A stretch of 45,395 bases of DNA from an uncultured Dehalococcoidales bacterium (GCA_964354005.1 CAYGYD010000001.1:1-45395); one strand, 5' to 3'; shown: positions 26,253-36,298, counted from the first letter of the stretch. Translations and numbers: made by a program. Notes: generated by a model not told the origin, from the sequence alone.

Positions 26253-27305
26253 TCATCGCTCTTCTCCTTGACCTTCTCTCCCGCTTCGCGTCAGGTAGGA
26301 GGGAAACGCCTCCGGCCGCAGCTTTTCCGGCTTACCGACGAAGAGGTAGGTGCCCACTCTAAGGTAGTGCCGGCAGGCGCGAGCTGAAGTCAGGACGGGT
26401 GACGGAGCCCATGTTTTGGCTAGGAGAACGGCAAGGGGTAGCCCGAGGCCTTTGAAGAATACCGAAGGGGAGGTCTTCATGGCCTTGAACAGGTATCCCC
26501 GTGCAGTTTTCATTTCTCCTTGGCTGTAGGCATGTTCTGCCACATGCAAGTAGAGGTACGAATAGGCTCTAGGCCTCTGAGCAGAAAGGAAGTAGCCCAG
26601 CTCTTTGTCATTGAAGATGCTTTCCAGAATGAGAGTGTGAGTCTGCTCTATTTCCTCCGGTGTTCGAGAAGATGTTATTGAATGGGCATGAACCCGGAAT
26701 TTGGCCAGCGGTTCAGCGATGTAGGCTACAGCATACTTCTTGGCCAGGCGTACCCACAGCTCAAGATCCTGAGAGCCAAACCGGAAAGCGGGGTTAAATC
26801 CACCTACCTCCTCAAGGCAACTTCGGCGAATCATAACGGTCGAAGGCGGAATGTAATTGCCAAAGATAAGGTCGGCAATTTCCTCTTTACCCTGTCGGAC
26901 ATAGGAAGACGTCAAGCGGTTCTTTCTTAGCCCTAGAATGCGTCCCTTTTCGTCGGTGACGTACCACTGACCGTAGCTGAACCCGACCTCAGGATACTTC
27001 TCCAGAGCCGCTACCCCTTTGTCCAAGGCACTCTGAATAATAACGTCATCCGAGTCCAGGAAAGTAAGGTATTTACCCCGGGCTAACCTGAGCCCTTTGT
27101 TACGTGCCGCCGGCGCCCCCTCGTTTTCCTGGTAGATGTATCTCACCGGGAGGCTAGAGACTACCAGCCGGGTATTATCTATTGAGCCATCATCAACGAC
27201 AATAACCTCGAAATCCCGGAAGGACTGTGCCAGGACGCTCAGGATGCACTCCCGGAGTAAGTGAGCCCGGTTATACGTGGGGATAATCACGCTTACCTTT
27301 GGCAC
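26253..27305 (-). CDS. GT2 family glycosyltransferase
   Basis: MPKVSVIIPTYNRAHLL...VIVVDDGSIDNT...FLDSDD. GTG start overlapping the upstream methyltransferase by 13 nt. Confidence 0.9.
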   Translation of the reverse strand: MPKVSVIIPTYNRAHLLRECILSVLAQSFRDFEVIVVDDGSIDNTRLVVSSLPVRYIYQENEGAPAARNKGLRLARGKYLTFLDSDDVIIQSALDKGVAALEKYPEVGFSYGQWYVTDEKGRILGLRKNRLTSSYVRQGKEEIADLIFGNYIPPSTVMIRRSCLEEVGGFNPAFRFGSQDLELWVRLAKKYAVAYIAEPLAKFRVHAHSITSSRTPEEIEQTHTLILESIFNDKELGYFLSAQRPRAYSYLYLHVAEHAYSQGEMKTARGYLFKAMKTSPSVFFKGLGLPLAVLLAKTWAPSPVLTSARACRHYLRVGTYLFVGKPEKLRPEAFPSYLTRSGREGQGEER

Positions 27306-28234
27306 GTTCTCACCTCCTTTCCTGGAGTACTCTCCGACCGTGATACGGTATTTGACTGTCGAGCTGTCCCGTTCCGGAAATCTTTGAATCTAGAATTGAA
27401 TCCAGTTGGCCGATCAATTTGTTCCATTATGAACAGGACACTGGAACGCAATCCAAACCTAGTGAGAAACCTGTTCGTGGGAATGATCGGCCATTCCGAA
27501 GCGCCGTATAGTAGCAGGGGTTCGATCCGCAACACCCTAAACCCGTGGCTCTGGAATAAGTCCCGCCAATGTTTCACTCTAAAAGACCTCAGGCAATCGA
27601 GGAAGCCAGTATAGCAACCATGACCACTAGGCAACAAAAGTCTTAGTGTTCCGGGGATCGAGCGATTCTCAGCCTGTTGCCTAGCATTCAGCGAAGAAGA
27701 TAGTCGTTTGCCCTTGGTAATGGTAATCTGGGCGTCGTTCTTATTGATTATGCCCAGCAGCCTTTTCATCAGCTTTGTTCCCTTGTTGTAATAGTCAGCA
27801 GGTACCGAAAGGAGAAGCCACAATGCGGTAGGAACTGAAAAAGCGTAGAGGCAGTTCGCCTTTCCAATCCTTCTAAGTTCCTGTAAGGCGCCATCCAGGT
27901 TCTCAATATGCTCAATGACATGATTGGAAAAAATGATGTCAAACTCGTTCGACTCAAAGGGGGCCGCGGTAATATTGCATTTGACAAACTCGATTCCGGT
28001 ATAGTTCTTGACGTTATCACTCTCGTACAAATCGCAAGCAATGACGTGGCCGAGGGTCTGCAAGTAAGGAATCTGAAATCCGTCGCCCGCACCGAATTCT
28101 AGAATCTCAGTCTCAGGTACGACACTCGAATCCGTCGCCCGCAGTTGTCTGATGCAGTCCAAGACGAGTTTGACCTCAGCAGACCGCTTGTTCTGGCGAT
28201 GTTTTCTCTCACCACTTAATGTTCTTGGCCACAT
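27293..28234 (-). CDS. Class I SAM-dependent methyltransferase
   Basis: ILEFGAGDGFQ (motif I) and FDIIFSNHVIEHIENL...LRRIGKANCLYAFSVP, typical of the Methyltransf_11/23 type. Confidence 0.8.
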   Translation of the reverse strand: MWPRTLSGERKHRQNKRSAEVKLVLDCIRQLRATDSSVVPETEILEFGAGDGFQIPYLQTLGHVIACDLYESDNVKNYTGIEFVKCNITAAPFESNEFDIIFSNHVIEHIENLDGALQELRRIGKANCLYAFSVPTALWLLLSVPADYYNKGTKLMKRLLGIINKNDAQITITKGKRLSSSLNARQQAENRSIPGTLRLLLPSGHGCYTGFLDCLRSFRVKHWRDLFQSHGFRVLRIEPLLLYGASEWPIIPTNRFLTRFGLRSSVLFIMEQIDRPTGFNSRFKDFRNGTARQSNTVSRSESTPGKEVRTCQR

Positions 28235-28583
28235 ATTCTCTCCGACTGATGAAAGTCTCCTTGCTTAAGCTGCTTACCGGTAGCAGCCATGGCCCACACG
28301 GGTCTCCTTCACTTTTCGTCGAGCACCTGTCCCTAGTCAAGTCACTTGAGCGATAGAGCATCGTCTTATGCTCCCTCACTTCGTCGTACTCTCGCCTATG
28401 CATCGGCAAACTTCTCACTGCTGGTGCTACCTCGCTAGAATCTGTCGGTGATCAATAACTCGGCGGTTAATTTGGTCGCGATCGGTGCCCAGACTCATTT
28501 TTGCTCCCCTTTCCGCGTATCCACGTCTCCTATCTCCGTTAAAGATGCCAGGGAAATATGCTGGGTTTGATGAGGGTGGTTAC

Positions 28584-29717
28584 TTATCTCCTTTTGCTCT
28601 GTTGGATTTCTTTCATGGTGTCACAGATATAGGTTTTCTGGTCGAGTGTTAAACCGGTACTTGAGGGCAAAAATAGGCCTCGTCTTCCCAGCTCTTCAGC
28701 TATCGGGTAGCTTTCCCCCACAAACAAGCCCATGTTTCGGAAACAGGGCTGAAGATGCATAGGAATAAAGAAAGCCCGGGTTTCAATCCCTTTTTCGGCC
28801 AGCCTAGCCATCAGCTCGTCCCGGGATAGGCCAAACTCATCCCTTATTACGATGGCATACATCCAGTAAACATTCTTTGCCCACTTTTTCTCTGGGGGTG
28901 GAGTTATGCCCGGCAACTCCTGCAATCGTCGATTATAAAACATAGCATTTTGCCGTCTCATTTCAACAAACTCATCAATTCGTTCCAGTTGAGCCAGCCC
29001 CATACCAGCCTGGATGTTAGTCATTCGGTAATTGAAGCCGATATCTGTATGTAAAAATCTCTTTTGAGGGGAGTGAGCCAGGTCTTTGAGGCGCCTAGCT
29101 CGGTCGGCCAACTTTTCATCGTTGGTGACAACCATTCCGCCTTCACCGGTCGTGATAATCTTATTTGCATAGAAGCTGAAGCAGCCCATGTCTCCGATGC
29201 TGCCGGCTTTTCTTCCTTTGTATTCGGCACCATGGACTTCAGCAGCATCTTCAACTATATATAGACTGTATCTCTTGGCAATTTCAATTATGGGGTCCAT
29301 ATCGCAGGGATGTCCATAGAGATGGACGGGCATTATGGCCTTTGTCTTCGGTGTTATCTTCTCCTCAATCTTGGTGACATCAATATTCCAGGTTTCCGGC
29401 TCCGAGTCGACGAGGACTGGCTTGGCGCCAGTGTAAACAATGGGGAAGAGCGAAGCCGACATGGTGAGGGTGGGTACAATCACCTCATCCCCCTCACCGA
29501 TGCCAAGAGACGCCAAAGCCAAATGGAGTGCAGTGGTGCCACTGGTCGTGGTTACCCCGTACTTACAGCCGCAGTAACGAGCAAACTTATCCTCAAATTC
29601 CTCAATGTACTTGCCCTTCGATGAAATCCAGTTAGTCTTAATGCATTCGGTAATGTATTCAAGTTCTCTTTCCCCGGTTAACGGCTCACACACTGAAATC
29701 ATTTGTTTCTTCCTCAT
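28584..29717 (-). CDS. DegT/DnrJ/EryC1/StrS family PLP-dependent sugar aminotransferase (copy 1)
   Basis: TSGTTALHLAL, VHLYGHPCDM, VEDAAEVHGAEYKG and SFYANKIITTGEGG (PLP-lysine region). Start at the internal ATG 29717, because the track start would overlap the upstream gene. Confidence 0.9.
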   Translation of the reverse strand: MRKKQMISVCEPLTGERELEYITECIKTNWISSKGKYIEEFEDKFARYCGCKYGVTTTSGTTALHLALASLGIGEGDEVIVPTLTMSASLFPIVYTGAKPVLVDSEPETWNIDVTKIEEKITPKTKAIMPVHLYGHPCDMDPIIEIAKRYSLYIVEDAAEVHGAEYKGRKAGSIGDMGCFSFYANKIITTGEGGMVVTNDEKLADRARRLKDLAHSPQKRFLHTDIGFNYRMTNIQAGMGLAQLERIDEFVEMRRQNAMFYNRRLQELPGITPPPEKKWAKNVYWMYAIVIRDEFGLSRDELMARLAEKGIETRAFFIPMHLQPCFRNMGLFVGESYPIAEELGRRGLFLPSSTGLTLDQKTYICDTMKEIQQSKRR

Positions 29718-29748
29718 GTTTAATTCCAGTCGTATCTTAACGTTATCC

Positions 29749-31089
29749 TTAGCTACGGTTGGATTTCCGATAATATGGTTGCCTTTCAATTGGAATCCCA
29801 TATCTTAGGTCGCTCTCCAGCCTGCCCAGAGTTATGTTCAATCCATACTCATGGGCCTGGCACAGTGGACAGGTTGGGGGATATTTGAAAATATGTCGGC
29901 GTAGTATATCGCCCAGACTTTCTTCTTTGACACTGCCCAGTCGAAGATGCTTGGAATCGGTCTGAAACCGTGGGTGGGAGGAGAACTCACAATAATACAG
30001 CGCGCCGTAGGGGTTCAGTCCTCTCTTTAACAAGCCGGCGCGGCAAAGAGTCGGTCTTCTCAATCTAGGCAGAAACTGGCTCGACCGTGATTCAAACTCG
30101 CCCTCAGCCATGCCCCGAATATCCAGTTCAACGCTGTCCTTGTTTTGGGTCAGTTCGACAATTTCGGTGCGGATAGCCTCCTTTTCATAGGTGGTGAAGT
30201 CTCTGACCATGCCCATAGCCTCCAGTCTGAAGTGTACCGAGTCCACTTTGAGGTGGCGTCCCAGGTTAACAAAGGCTGCCATTTCATCGTAGTTATCCGG
30301 TTGCAGTATCTGGCTTATGCCTATTTTGACGCTTTTATTCTTTGCCTTCTTCAAGCTCACCAGACTGGCGATATTATCAAGCACCCCGTCGTAGACACCG
30401 TCTGCCTGGGCTCCCTTCGCTTTGGGAAACTGAATATCACTATAGGTTGAAGGATTAGCCCCGTTCACACTGATCCTTATTTGATAGCAATCTAAGATGC
30501 TCTCCTGAGCTTCTTTGTTCATGGCGATGCCGTTGGTATAAAGCCTGGTTCTAAACCCCATTTCATTAGCCCTACGGATATACTCCGGCGTCAGGGGGTT
30601 AATGAAGGGCTCCTTGCCACCGGAGAACCATACCTCTTCGACACCGTTCTGCCGGCATTCATCAAATACTTCTACCACCCTCTCTAGGCTGACCGGCTTT
30701 TCTGCCTTGGTTAATTCAGCATAGTGCCAGCCATCACTGAAGCAGAACTTGCACTGGCACTGGCAGACTGGGCCGGGATGAAACTCGAGGATCAACGGGT
30801 AAACCTCGCTGCCTGAGAGTATCCTGGTCAAGTAATCTTGGTAGTGGGTCATCAAGTCACTGGCTAGAATGGTAAGCCTGGGTGATTTGGAATCCTCGAC
30901 GATGATGCGCTGTAGCCGGCTATCGTCTTGAATAATATCGTAATATGCCAGTAACTCTTCCTTGGGTAGCCCCAGCTTGCTGGCGATTTCCTCGCTAGTG
31001 AAGTCAGGATGGTCGACGAGCTCCTGGACAACGGAGACAAGGCTAGAATGGTATTGCTCCTTGAGATCCGCAAATGTGGTTGCTTTCAT
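29749..31089 (-). CDS. Radical SAM enzyme with N-terminal wHTH-like extension and C-terminal Cys-rich region
   Basis: CQCQCKFC at nt 30742-30765 gives CX3CX2C. FSGGKEPFINP is a GGE-like SAM motif. About 100 aa N-terminal to the core include TSEEIASKLGLPKEEL. There are four C-terminal cysteines (LCRAG, YYCEF, PTCPLC). Its ATG at 31089 overlaps the stop of the upstream GT4 (ATGA). Confidence 0.85.
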   Translation of the reverse strand: MKATTFADLKEQYHSSLVSVVQELVDHPDFTSEEIASKLGLPKEELLAYYDIIQDDSRLQRIIVEDSKSPRLTILASDLMTHYQDYLTRILSGSEVYPLILEFHPGPVCQCQCKFCFSDGWHYAELTKAEKPVSLERVVEVFDECRQNGVEEVWFSGGKEPFINPLTPEYIRRANEMGFRTRLYTNGIAMNKEAQESILDCYQIRISVNGANPSTYSDIQFPKAKGAQADGVYDGVLDNIASLVSLKKAKNKSVKIGISQILQPDNYDEMAAFVNLGRHLKVDSVHFRLEAMGMVRDFTTYEKEAIRTEIVELTQNKDSVELDIRGMAEGEFESRSSQFLPRLRRPTLCRAGLLKRGLNPYGALYYCEFSSHPRFQTDSKHLRLGSVKEESLGDILRRHIFKYPPTCPLCQAHEYGLNITLGRLESDLRYGIPIERQPYYRKSNRS

Positions 31090-32282
31090 CTTGCTACCCC
31101 TTTCTTCTGTTTCGGTGGCTGTTGAAGCGCCAAACATTTCTCGAAGACTTTAAGATACTCATACTTCATAATTTGCCACTGGCAGTTACGGTAGAACTCG
31201 TGGGCGCGTGCAGCCAACGAAACTCTCTTTTCTGGATTTTGGTATAGTTCCACAATTCGGTCAGCCAATGCTTTCTCATCCCCTGGTGGATAGTAGAGAA
31301 TACAGTCATCACTAAAGGTAGCCGTGAGACTGGGGAGAGCACTGGCCACAGAAGTGGTGCCCATGGCAGCATATTCAAACAGTTTGGTGGACACGCCTAT
31401 GTCAAATAACATAGGAGCTATCCCAACATGGGCTCGAGCGATTTTGGAGATAAGTTCTTCGTAGGGGATCAGACCGGTGAAATTGATGTACTCTGTGACT
31501 CTCATATTGCGAGCCAATCTCTCGAGTTCTGGTCGGTATTCTCCCGTCCCGGTCACATCCACTCGTAGCTCCGGGATACTAGGTAACAGCAAAGGGATAG
31601 CCCTGATGACTGTCTGCACTCCATACCTTTCCGTGAGAGTCGTGGCAACGATCAAGCGGAAGTGGTTCTCGTCCTTGGCGGTACCAAGCCGATCAAGGTT
31701 GAAGGAGGTGCTATTGGGTACGTTCAAAATGATGCTCATCTTCTCAACCGGCACGCCGCGGCTGGCCAGCACCTGTTTATAGGGAGCACCATCAGCGACG
31801 ATAACATGATGGGCATATTGGGCGCTTGCCCTCTCAACGAGGCGCAGCAGCCGGGCGCTGATGTGACCGTCATTTATCTTATAGGTCGAGGCAAAAAGCT
31901 GGGGCATATTCTCAAACATGTAGAGGATAACCTTGCAGCCCAGCAGCCTGGGGAAGAGAGTGGCGAAGACTAGGAAGTCAGGCATCGTGTCCACCTCGAT
32001 CACATCGTAGCGCTTCTTCAAAGAGAGCCAGGATAGTGCCAATGAAGCCGCGACGAAGAAGTAGCTGTATTCAAAAAGCTGTCTCAGGATACCCCGCCGG
32101 TGGTGCTCGCCGGGGAGACGGTAGACATTTACCCCACCAATGGTCTCTCTTGCCTTTTCGCCCTTCCTTCTAAGGCAAAGCATGTCCACCTGAAAACCCT
32201 CGCTGACCAGAGTCTCAGCATTCCTTTTCGGGTGCATTAGCCCGGGGTAATGGCTCAGCTTAACAATGCACACTTTTTTCAT
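31086..32282 (-). CDS. GT4 family glycosyltransferase
   Basis: GT-B fold pattern; C-terminal ...GVSTKLFEYAAMGTTSVAS... ATG at 32282 overlaps the upstream stop (ATGA). Confidence 0.8.
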   Translation of the reverse strand: MKKVCIVKLSHYPGLMHPKRNAETLVSEGFQVDMLCLRRKGEKARETIGGVNVYRLPGEHHRRGILRQLFEYSYFFVAASLALSWLSLKKRYDVIEVDTMPDFLVFATLFPRLLGCKVILYMFENMPQLFASTYKINDGHISARLLRLVERASAQYAHHVIVADGAPYKQVLASRGVPVEKMSIILNVPNSTSFNLDRLGTAKDENHFRLIVATTLTERYGVQTVIRAIPLLLPSIPELRVDVTGTGEYRPELERLARNMRVTEYINFTGLIPYEELISKIARAHVGIAPMLFDIGVSTKLFEYAAMGTTSVASALPSLTATFSDDCILYYPPGDEKALADRIVELYQNPEKRVSLAARAHEFYRNCQWQIMKYEYLKVFEKCLALQQPPKQKKGVAR

Positions 32283-33280
32283 GGATTCCTCGGCAAAGTG
32301 GCCTTCCACAGGCCAAGACGTCCCCACCCGTGTGCTGTTTTGTCTCGAACCAGCTCTTCGTAAACCGAGATGATTCTTCGACCGATTTGCCCGGCCTCCA
32401 TATGAGCGATTCTTCCGCGGCCATCAGTCCTCTGTCCCCAACGCACGGCCAGTTCTAGCTTCCGGGCGGCGTCTTCTGGGTCTTGCGAACATAGATAGCA
32501 TCCCGGGGTGTTGCCGATAACTTGAGGCACATCTCCAACTGGCACAGAAACAATCGGTAGGTTGCAAGCCATAGCTTCTTTGATAACCATAGGGGAGCCT
32601 TCCGCATCAGAGACTAGCAGCAATACGTCACAGGCATTCATGTATTTCGGCACCGCCGAAAGTGGCTTGCCCGAAACCAGAATCAGCTCTGCCTCAGGCA
32701 CTCTCGTCTTCAGGTGAGCTATCGCCTCCTGTACAATGTCAAACCTCTTCTCTGGTCGGAAATACTCTCCAGCCCAAAGTACCAGTTTCTTCTCCTGTGG
32801 GAGGTCAAGTTCCTCTCGCGCCTGCTTCTGGGGCATCGGCTTGAAAAGGTCGAAGTCAATCCCACAGGGGATGACGATGGCTTGGCTAAACCGGGCTTTT
32901 TCCTTCATCTCCTCCGACACCACAATCGTTCGGTCGACCAGAGGTGTGATTATCCGGCAGACACGCGCCTGATAGGTGGTGCGGAATACCTCCGGACCGT
33001 GGTGAGTAAGAACCACCGGGTGCAGGAACTGGGCCCGGGCGATCAGTCCGGAAAACGCATAGTGGGCGTGGAGCAGGTCATAGCGCTTCGTCAAAAGCCG
33101 GGCCCAAAGTCGGGGGAATGCCCATAGATAATTAAGAGTGTTTTTTCTACCGTTAACGAAGAATACCTCTAACTCCACGCCTTGCTTTCGCAGGGCTTCC
33201 GCTTGTTCTCGGACAAAGGTACCAAAAGATGGCATCTCGGGTATGGGATACATATTGGTAACAACCAAGACTTTCACCAT
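32279..33280 (-). CDS. GT4 family glycosyltransferase
   Basis: SDAEGSPMVIKEAMACNLPIVSVPVGDVPQVI (E-x7-E region). Confidence 0.85.
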   Translation of the reverse strand: MVKVLVVTNMYPIPEMPSFGTFVREQAEALRKQGVELEVFFVNGRKNTLNYLWAFPRLWARLLTKRYDLLHAHYAFSGLIARAQFLHPVVLTHHGPEVFRTTYQARVCRIITPLVDRTIVVSEEMKEKARFSQAIVIPCGIDFDLFKPMPQKQAREELDLPQEKKLVLWAGEYFRPEKRFDIVQEAIAHLKTRVPEAELILVSGKPLSAVPKYMNACDVLLLVSDAEGSPMVIKEAMACNLPIVSVPVGDVPQVIGNTPGCYLCSQDPEDAARKLELAVRWGQRTDGRGRIAHMEAGQIGRRIISVYEELVRDKTAHGWGRLGLWKATLPRNP

Positions 33281-33406
33281 CTCACTCCTGTCTTATTGAT
33301 ACTCCGGTCATTTCAGACGCAGGGTCTCTGTGCTTCTGACACTCTGGCGACTCTGCTTTCAGGTCTCCTTATTTTCCTCACAGCACTCCGGTTCTATTTC
33401 ACCCGG

Positions 33407-34552
33407 CTAGCTCGTTTTTTCTTGATAGGCAACGTCAACATTTAACTCGCCCCGAGACCGAGTGAAGTCCCGAATGGAATCACAAATGTAGCTCACTTCC
33501 TCCTCAGTCAGCTCGGGGTACATGGGAAGGGAGATTATCTCCTTTGTTATTCTTTCGGTAATTGGCAACCAAGCGTTGCCTCCGTCATACTGGCGCCAGG
33601 CTTCCTGAAGGTGAATGGGGAAGGGATAATGCATCCCGGTGCCGACACCTTTAGTCTCCAGCCAAGCCCGAAGTTCGTCTCGGTACGCAGTTCTGATGAC
33701 ATAGAGATGATAGACATGCTTCGCCCATGACATCTCCTGCGGTGGCACCATTGATGGAGGCAGTAGAGCATCGTAGGCCCTAGCCAGGCTTCGCCGCTTT
33801 TCAATCCACTCATCAAGATGGGGAAGCTTTACCTTTAAAACAGCTGCCTGGATTTCATCGAGGCGACCGTTGATTCCCATGACAGCGTGAACATACTTTG
33901 TGTCTTGGCCATGGTCTCGCAACATCCGGCACCGCTTGGCTATATCAGGGTCGGAAGTGGTAATCATACCCCCCTCACCATAAGCACCTAGGTTCTTGGT
34001 GAAGTAGAAACTAAAGCAACCAGCATCCCCGAGCGAGCCGGTACGCTGTCCCTTGTATTCAGCACCATGAGCTTGGCAGGCATCCTCGATAACCCTCAGG
34101 CGATAGGACCTGGCTAATTCTAGTATTGGGGTCATATCGGCCGGGTGTCCGTAGAGATGCACGGGGATGATGGCTTTAGTCCTCTTGTTTATCATTCTTT
34201 CTACTTGAGAAGGGTCTATGTTATAGGTATTAAGGTCAATGTCAACCAGTACCGGCCGGGCGCCTGTCAGAACAATAGCCTCGACGGTAGCAATGAAGGT
34301 ATGAGAAACCGTAATTACCTCGTCGCCCGGTCCAACCCCACAGGCGAGGAGAGCCAAGTGCAGAGCATCGGTACCTGAGCCTACACCAATGGCAGACTTA
34401 GTGCCACAGTAAGCAGCGAAATCTGATTCAAAGGTCTGAACGTTCTTGCCCAGGAATAGCTGCATACCGTCCAGTGCCTTGCCTATCTCAGCCAGCACTT
34501 CTTCCTTTATACCCTGATATTGTTTTTTCAGGTCAACCAATGGTATACGCAT
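33407..34552 (-). CDS. DegT/DnrJ/EryC1/StrS family PLP-dependent sugar aminotransferase (copy 2, WbpE/WlbC-like context)
   Basis: GSGTDALHLAL, VHLYGHPADM, IEDACQAHGAEYKG and SFYFTKNLGAYGEGG. Overlaps the upstream acetyltransferase by 20 nt. Confidence 0.9.
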   Translation of the reverse strand: MRIPLVDLKKQYQGIKEEVLAEIGKALDGMQLFLGKNVQTFESDFAAYCGTKSAIGVGSGTDALHLALLACGVGPGDEVITVSHTFIATVEAIVLTGARPVLVDIDLNTYNIDPSQVERMINKRTKAIIPVHLYGHPADMTPILELARSYRLRVIEDACQAHGAEYKGQRTGSLGDAGCFSFYFTKNLGAYGEGGMITTSDPDIAKRCRMLRDHGQDTKYVHAVMGINGRLDEIQAAVLKVKLPHLDEWIEKRRSLARAYDALLPPSMVPPQEMSWAKHVYHLYVIRTAYRDELRAWLETKGVGTGMHYPFPIHLQEAWRQYDGGNAWLPITERITKEIISLPMYPELTEEEVSYICDSIRDFTRSRGELNVDVAYQEKTS

Positions 34553-35210
34553 TTGTTATTCTCCCTATCAGGTCACTGTATGGTTTGTCTCTGAGACCGG
34601 TGGTACAGATTAGGTCTCCTATTTTGCAGGCAACCTGTGCCGGATTACCATAGGCAACCACACCAGGTGGGATGTCTTTAGTCACTACACTTCCGGCACC
34701 GATTACCGAGTATTCACCGATGACTACGCGGGGAAGCACGCAGCAGCTGATACCGATCTGAGCCCCCTTCTTGATGCGCGGGCCTTGCATGCACTCTATG
34801 GCATCGGGGCAGCCGGGGTGAACGTCATTAGCTAAGGTAACCCCAGGACCCAGGAAAACATCATCTTCGACGATTGTGAATTGGGTGACATAAACATTGT
34901 TGTGAATCTTGACGTTATTTCCAATTATGCAGCCGTAGTCGATAATGGAGTTACTCCAGATGCGCAAGTTGTTTCCGATAATATTCTCCTCCCTGATAAT
35001 CACATTGTGGCCGGTCTCCAGATTTTGTCCAATGCGGCTACCCCGGTAGATAACGGTGCCAGAACGAATGTGAGCACCGGCACCAATAACCAGCGGGTGA
35101 CCGTCACCGCGACTTGGGGTATAGCCAAGACGTACACCATCGTCAATTATGGCTTTCCCCCCCAGTCTCACTATCTGACTATTATCTTCTGGTTCGATAA
35201 AAGACTCCAT
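34533..35210 (-). CDS. Left-handed beta-helix (hexapeptide-repeat) sugar N-acetyltransferase (WbpD/WlbB/QdtC-like)
   Basis: Repeated [LIV]G-x4 hexapeptides (IGNNLRIWSNSIIDYGCIIGNNVKIHNNVYV...). Start at the internal ATG 35210, downstream of the upstream gene's stop at 35218. Confidence 0.85.
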   Translation of the reverse strand: MESFIEPEDNSQIVRLGGKAIIDDGVRLGYTPSRGDGHPLVIGAGAHIRSGTVIYRGSRIGQNLETGHNVIIREENIIGNNLRIWSNSIIDYGCIIGNNVKIHNNVYVTQFTIVEDDVFLGPGVTLANDVHPGCPDAIECMQGPRIKKGAQIGISCCVLPRVVIGEYSVIGAGSVVTKDIPPGVVAYGNPAQVACKIGDLICTTGLRDKPYSDLIGRITNAYTIG

Positions 35211-35217
35211 TTTTCCC

Positions 35218-36276
35218 TCACTTCTCAACGAATTGTGGTTGTCCTCGCTTGATATCGTCCGCGAGTGATTTTGTCTTAACTCGCTGCCCACCGTTCGCCA
35301 GTGATATATCGGCTGCTTCCAGAATGCTGACTACTTTAAATCCAGCCCGGCCGTCACTCCTTGGTCTCTTACCTTTGACTATACACTCTAGGAAATGGCT
35401 GCATTCCAGCTTGAGAGGCTCAGCGTTGGAGATAAAGGGTATGGTCACATCGCCATAGCGGTAGTTGGGCGGCCAAGCCGAGAACCCATTGCTGCCATCG
35501 CTGGATATAACGAGTCCCTTATCGTAGATATGTATTTTCTCCGTTTCGGAAACATCATCATATACCGCCATTTTTTCGCTACCGACGATGGTGATCTCTC
35601 GGATCTTGCGTGGGTGGAGCCAGCTCACATGTATGTGACCCATGGTGCCGTTAGCGAACAGCAACTCGAGGTAAGCTATATCACAGACCTTGGGGTCTAC
35701 ATGGTGACTACCGCGGGCACTTACGGCGATAGGCTCCTTGTTCAACAACGAAAGCATAATGCTTATATCATGGGGAGCTAGGTCCCAAAGAACGTTTACA
35801 TCAGGCCGGAACAGGCCAAGGTTAAGTCGGTGGGCATCAATGCTATAAATCTCGCCCAGCTCACCACTGTCCACCAGTTTTCTCAGTAAATCCACCGCCG
35901 GATGATATTCATAAGTGTGTCCCACCATGAGCACCAGGTTCCGCTTCTCCGCCAGTTCAATAAGTTCCCAAGCTTTATGGCTATTGGTAGTCATCGGTTT
36001 TTCTATCAGGACATGCTTATTACGGAGTAACGCCTCCTTTGCCAGTTTATAGTGTGTATCGACCGGAGTGACTATTACCACCGCATCCACGCCCTCCTCT
36101 AGGAGGTCTCCGAAATCGGTGGTTGTTTGTACATAGGGATATTGAGTTCGAACCTGCTGAAGCTTATGCTCATCAAGGTCACAAACTGTGGTCAGCTTGG
36201 CCTCAGACAACTCGTGATAGTTCCTGATGTGCTTTGGCCCCCAGTAACCACAACCCACAACGCCAATATTAACCAT
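35218..36276 (-). CDS. Gfo/Idh/MocA family NAD-dependent sugar oxidoreductase (WbpB/WlbA-like)
   Basis: MVNIGVVGCGYWGPKH Rossmann N-terminus and EKP motif (VLIEKPM). The internal ATG 36276 is preceded by GGAAGGAGGAG. Confidence 0.85.
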   Translation of the reverse strand: MVNIGVVGCGYWGPKHIRNYHELSEAKLTTVCDLDEHKLQQVRTQYPYVQTTTDFGDLLEEGVDAVVIVTPVDTHYKLAKEALLRNKHVLIEKPMTTNSHKAWELIELAEKRNLVLMVGHTYEYHPAVDLLRKLVDSGELGEIYSIDAHRLNLGLFRPDVNVLWDLAPHDISIMLSLLNKEPIAVSARGSHHVDPKVCDIAYLELLFANGTMGHIHVSWLHPRKIREITIVGSEKMAVYDDVSETEKIHIYDKGLVISSDGSNGFSAWPPNYRYGDVTIPFISNAEPLKLECSHFLECIVKGKRPRSDGRAGFKVVSILEAADISLANGGQRVKTKSLADDIKRGQPQFVEK

Positions 36277-36298
36277 CTTGCTCCTCCTTCCCGATTTG

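Noticed and set aside
27519-27528. GGTTCGATCC, a tRNA T-arm-like string.
   Set aside because: The flanking bases cannot form a T-stem or acceptor stem. The string lies inside the methyltransferase coding region.
28209-28418. 69-aa minus-strand ORF between the aminotransferase and the methyltransferase, and a 23-aa ORF with a Shine-Dalgarno sequence at ~28446-28517.
   Set aside because: The 69-aa ORF overlaps the methyltransferase start in another frame and has no recognisable features. The 23-aa ORF is too short to support without conservation data. The 350-bp gap may simply hold an internal promoter.
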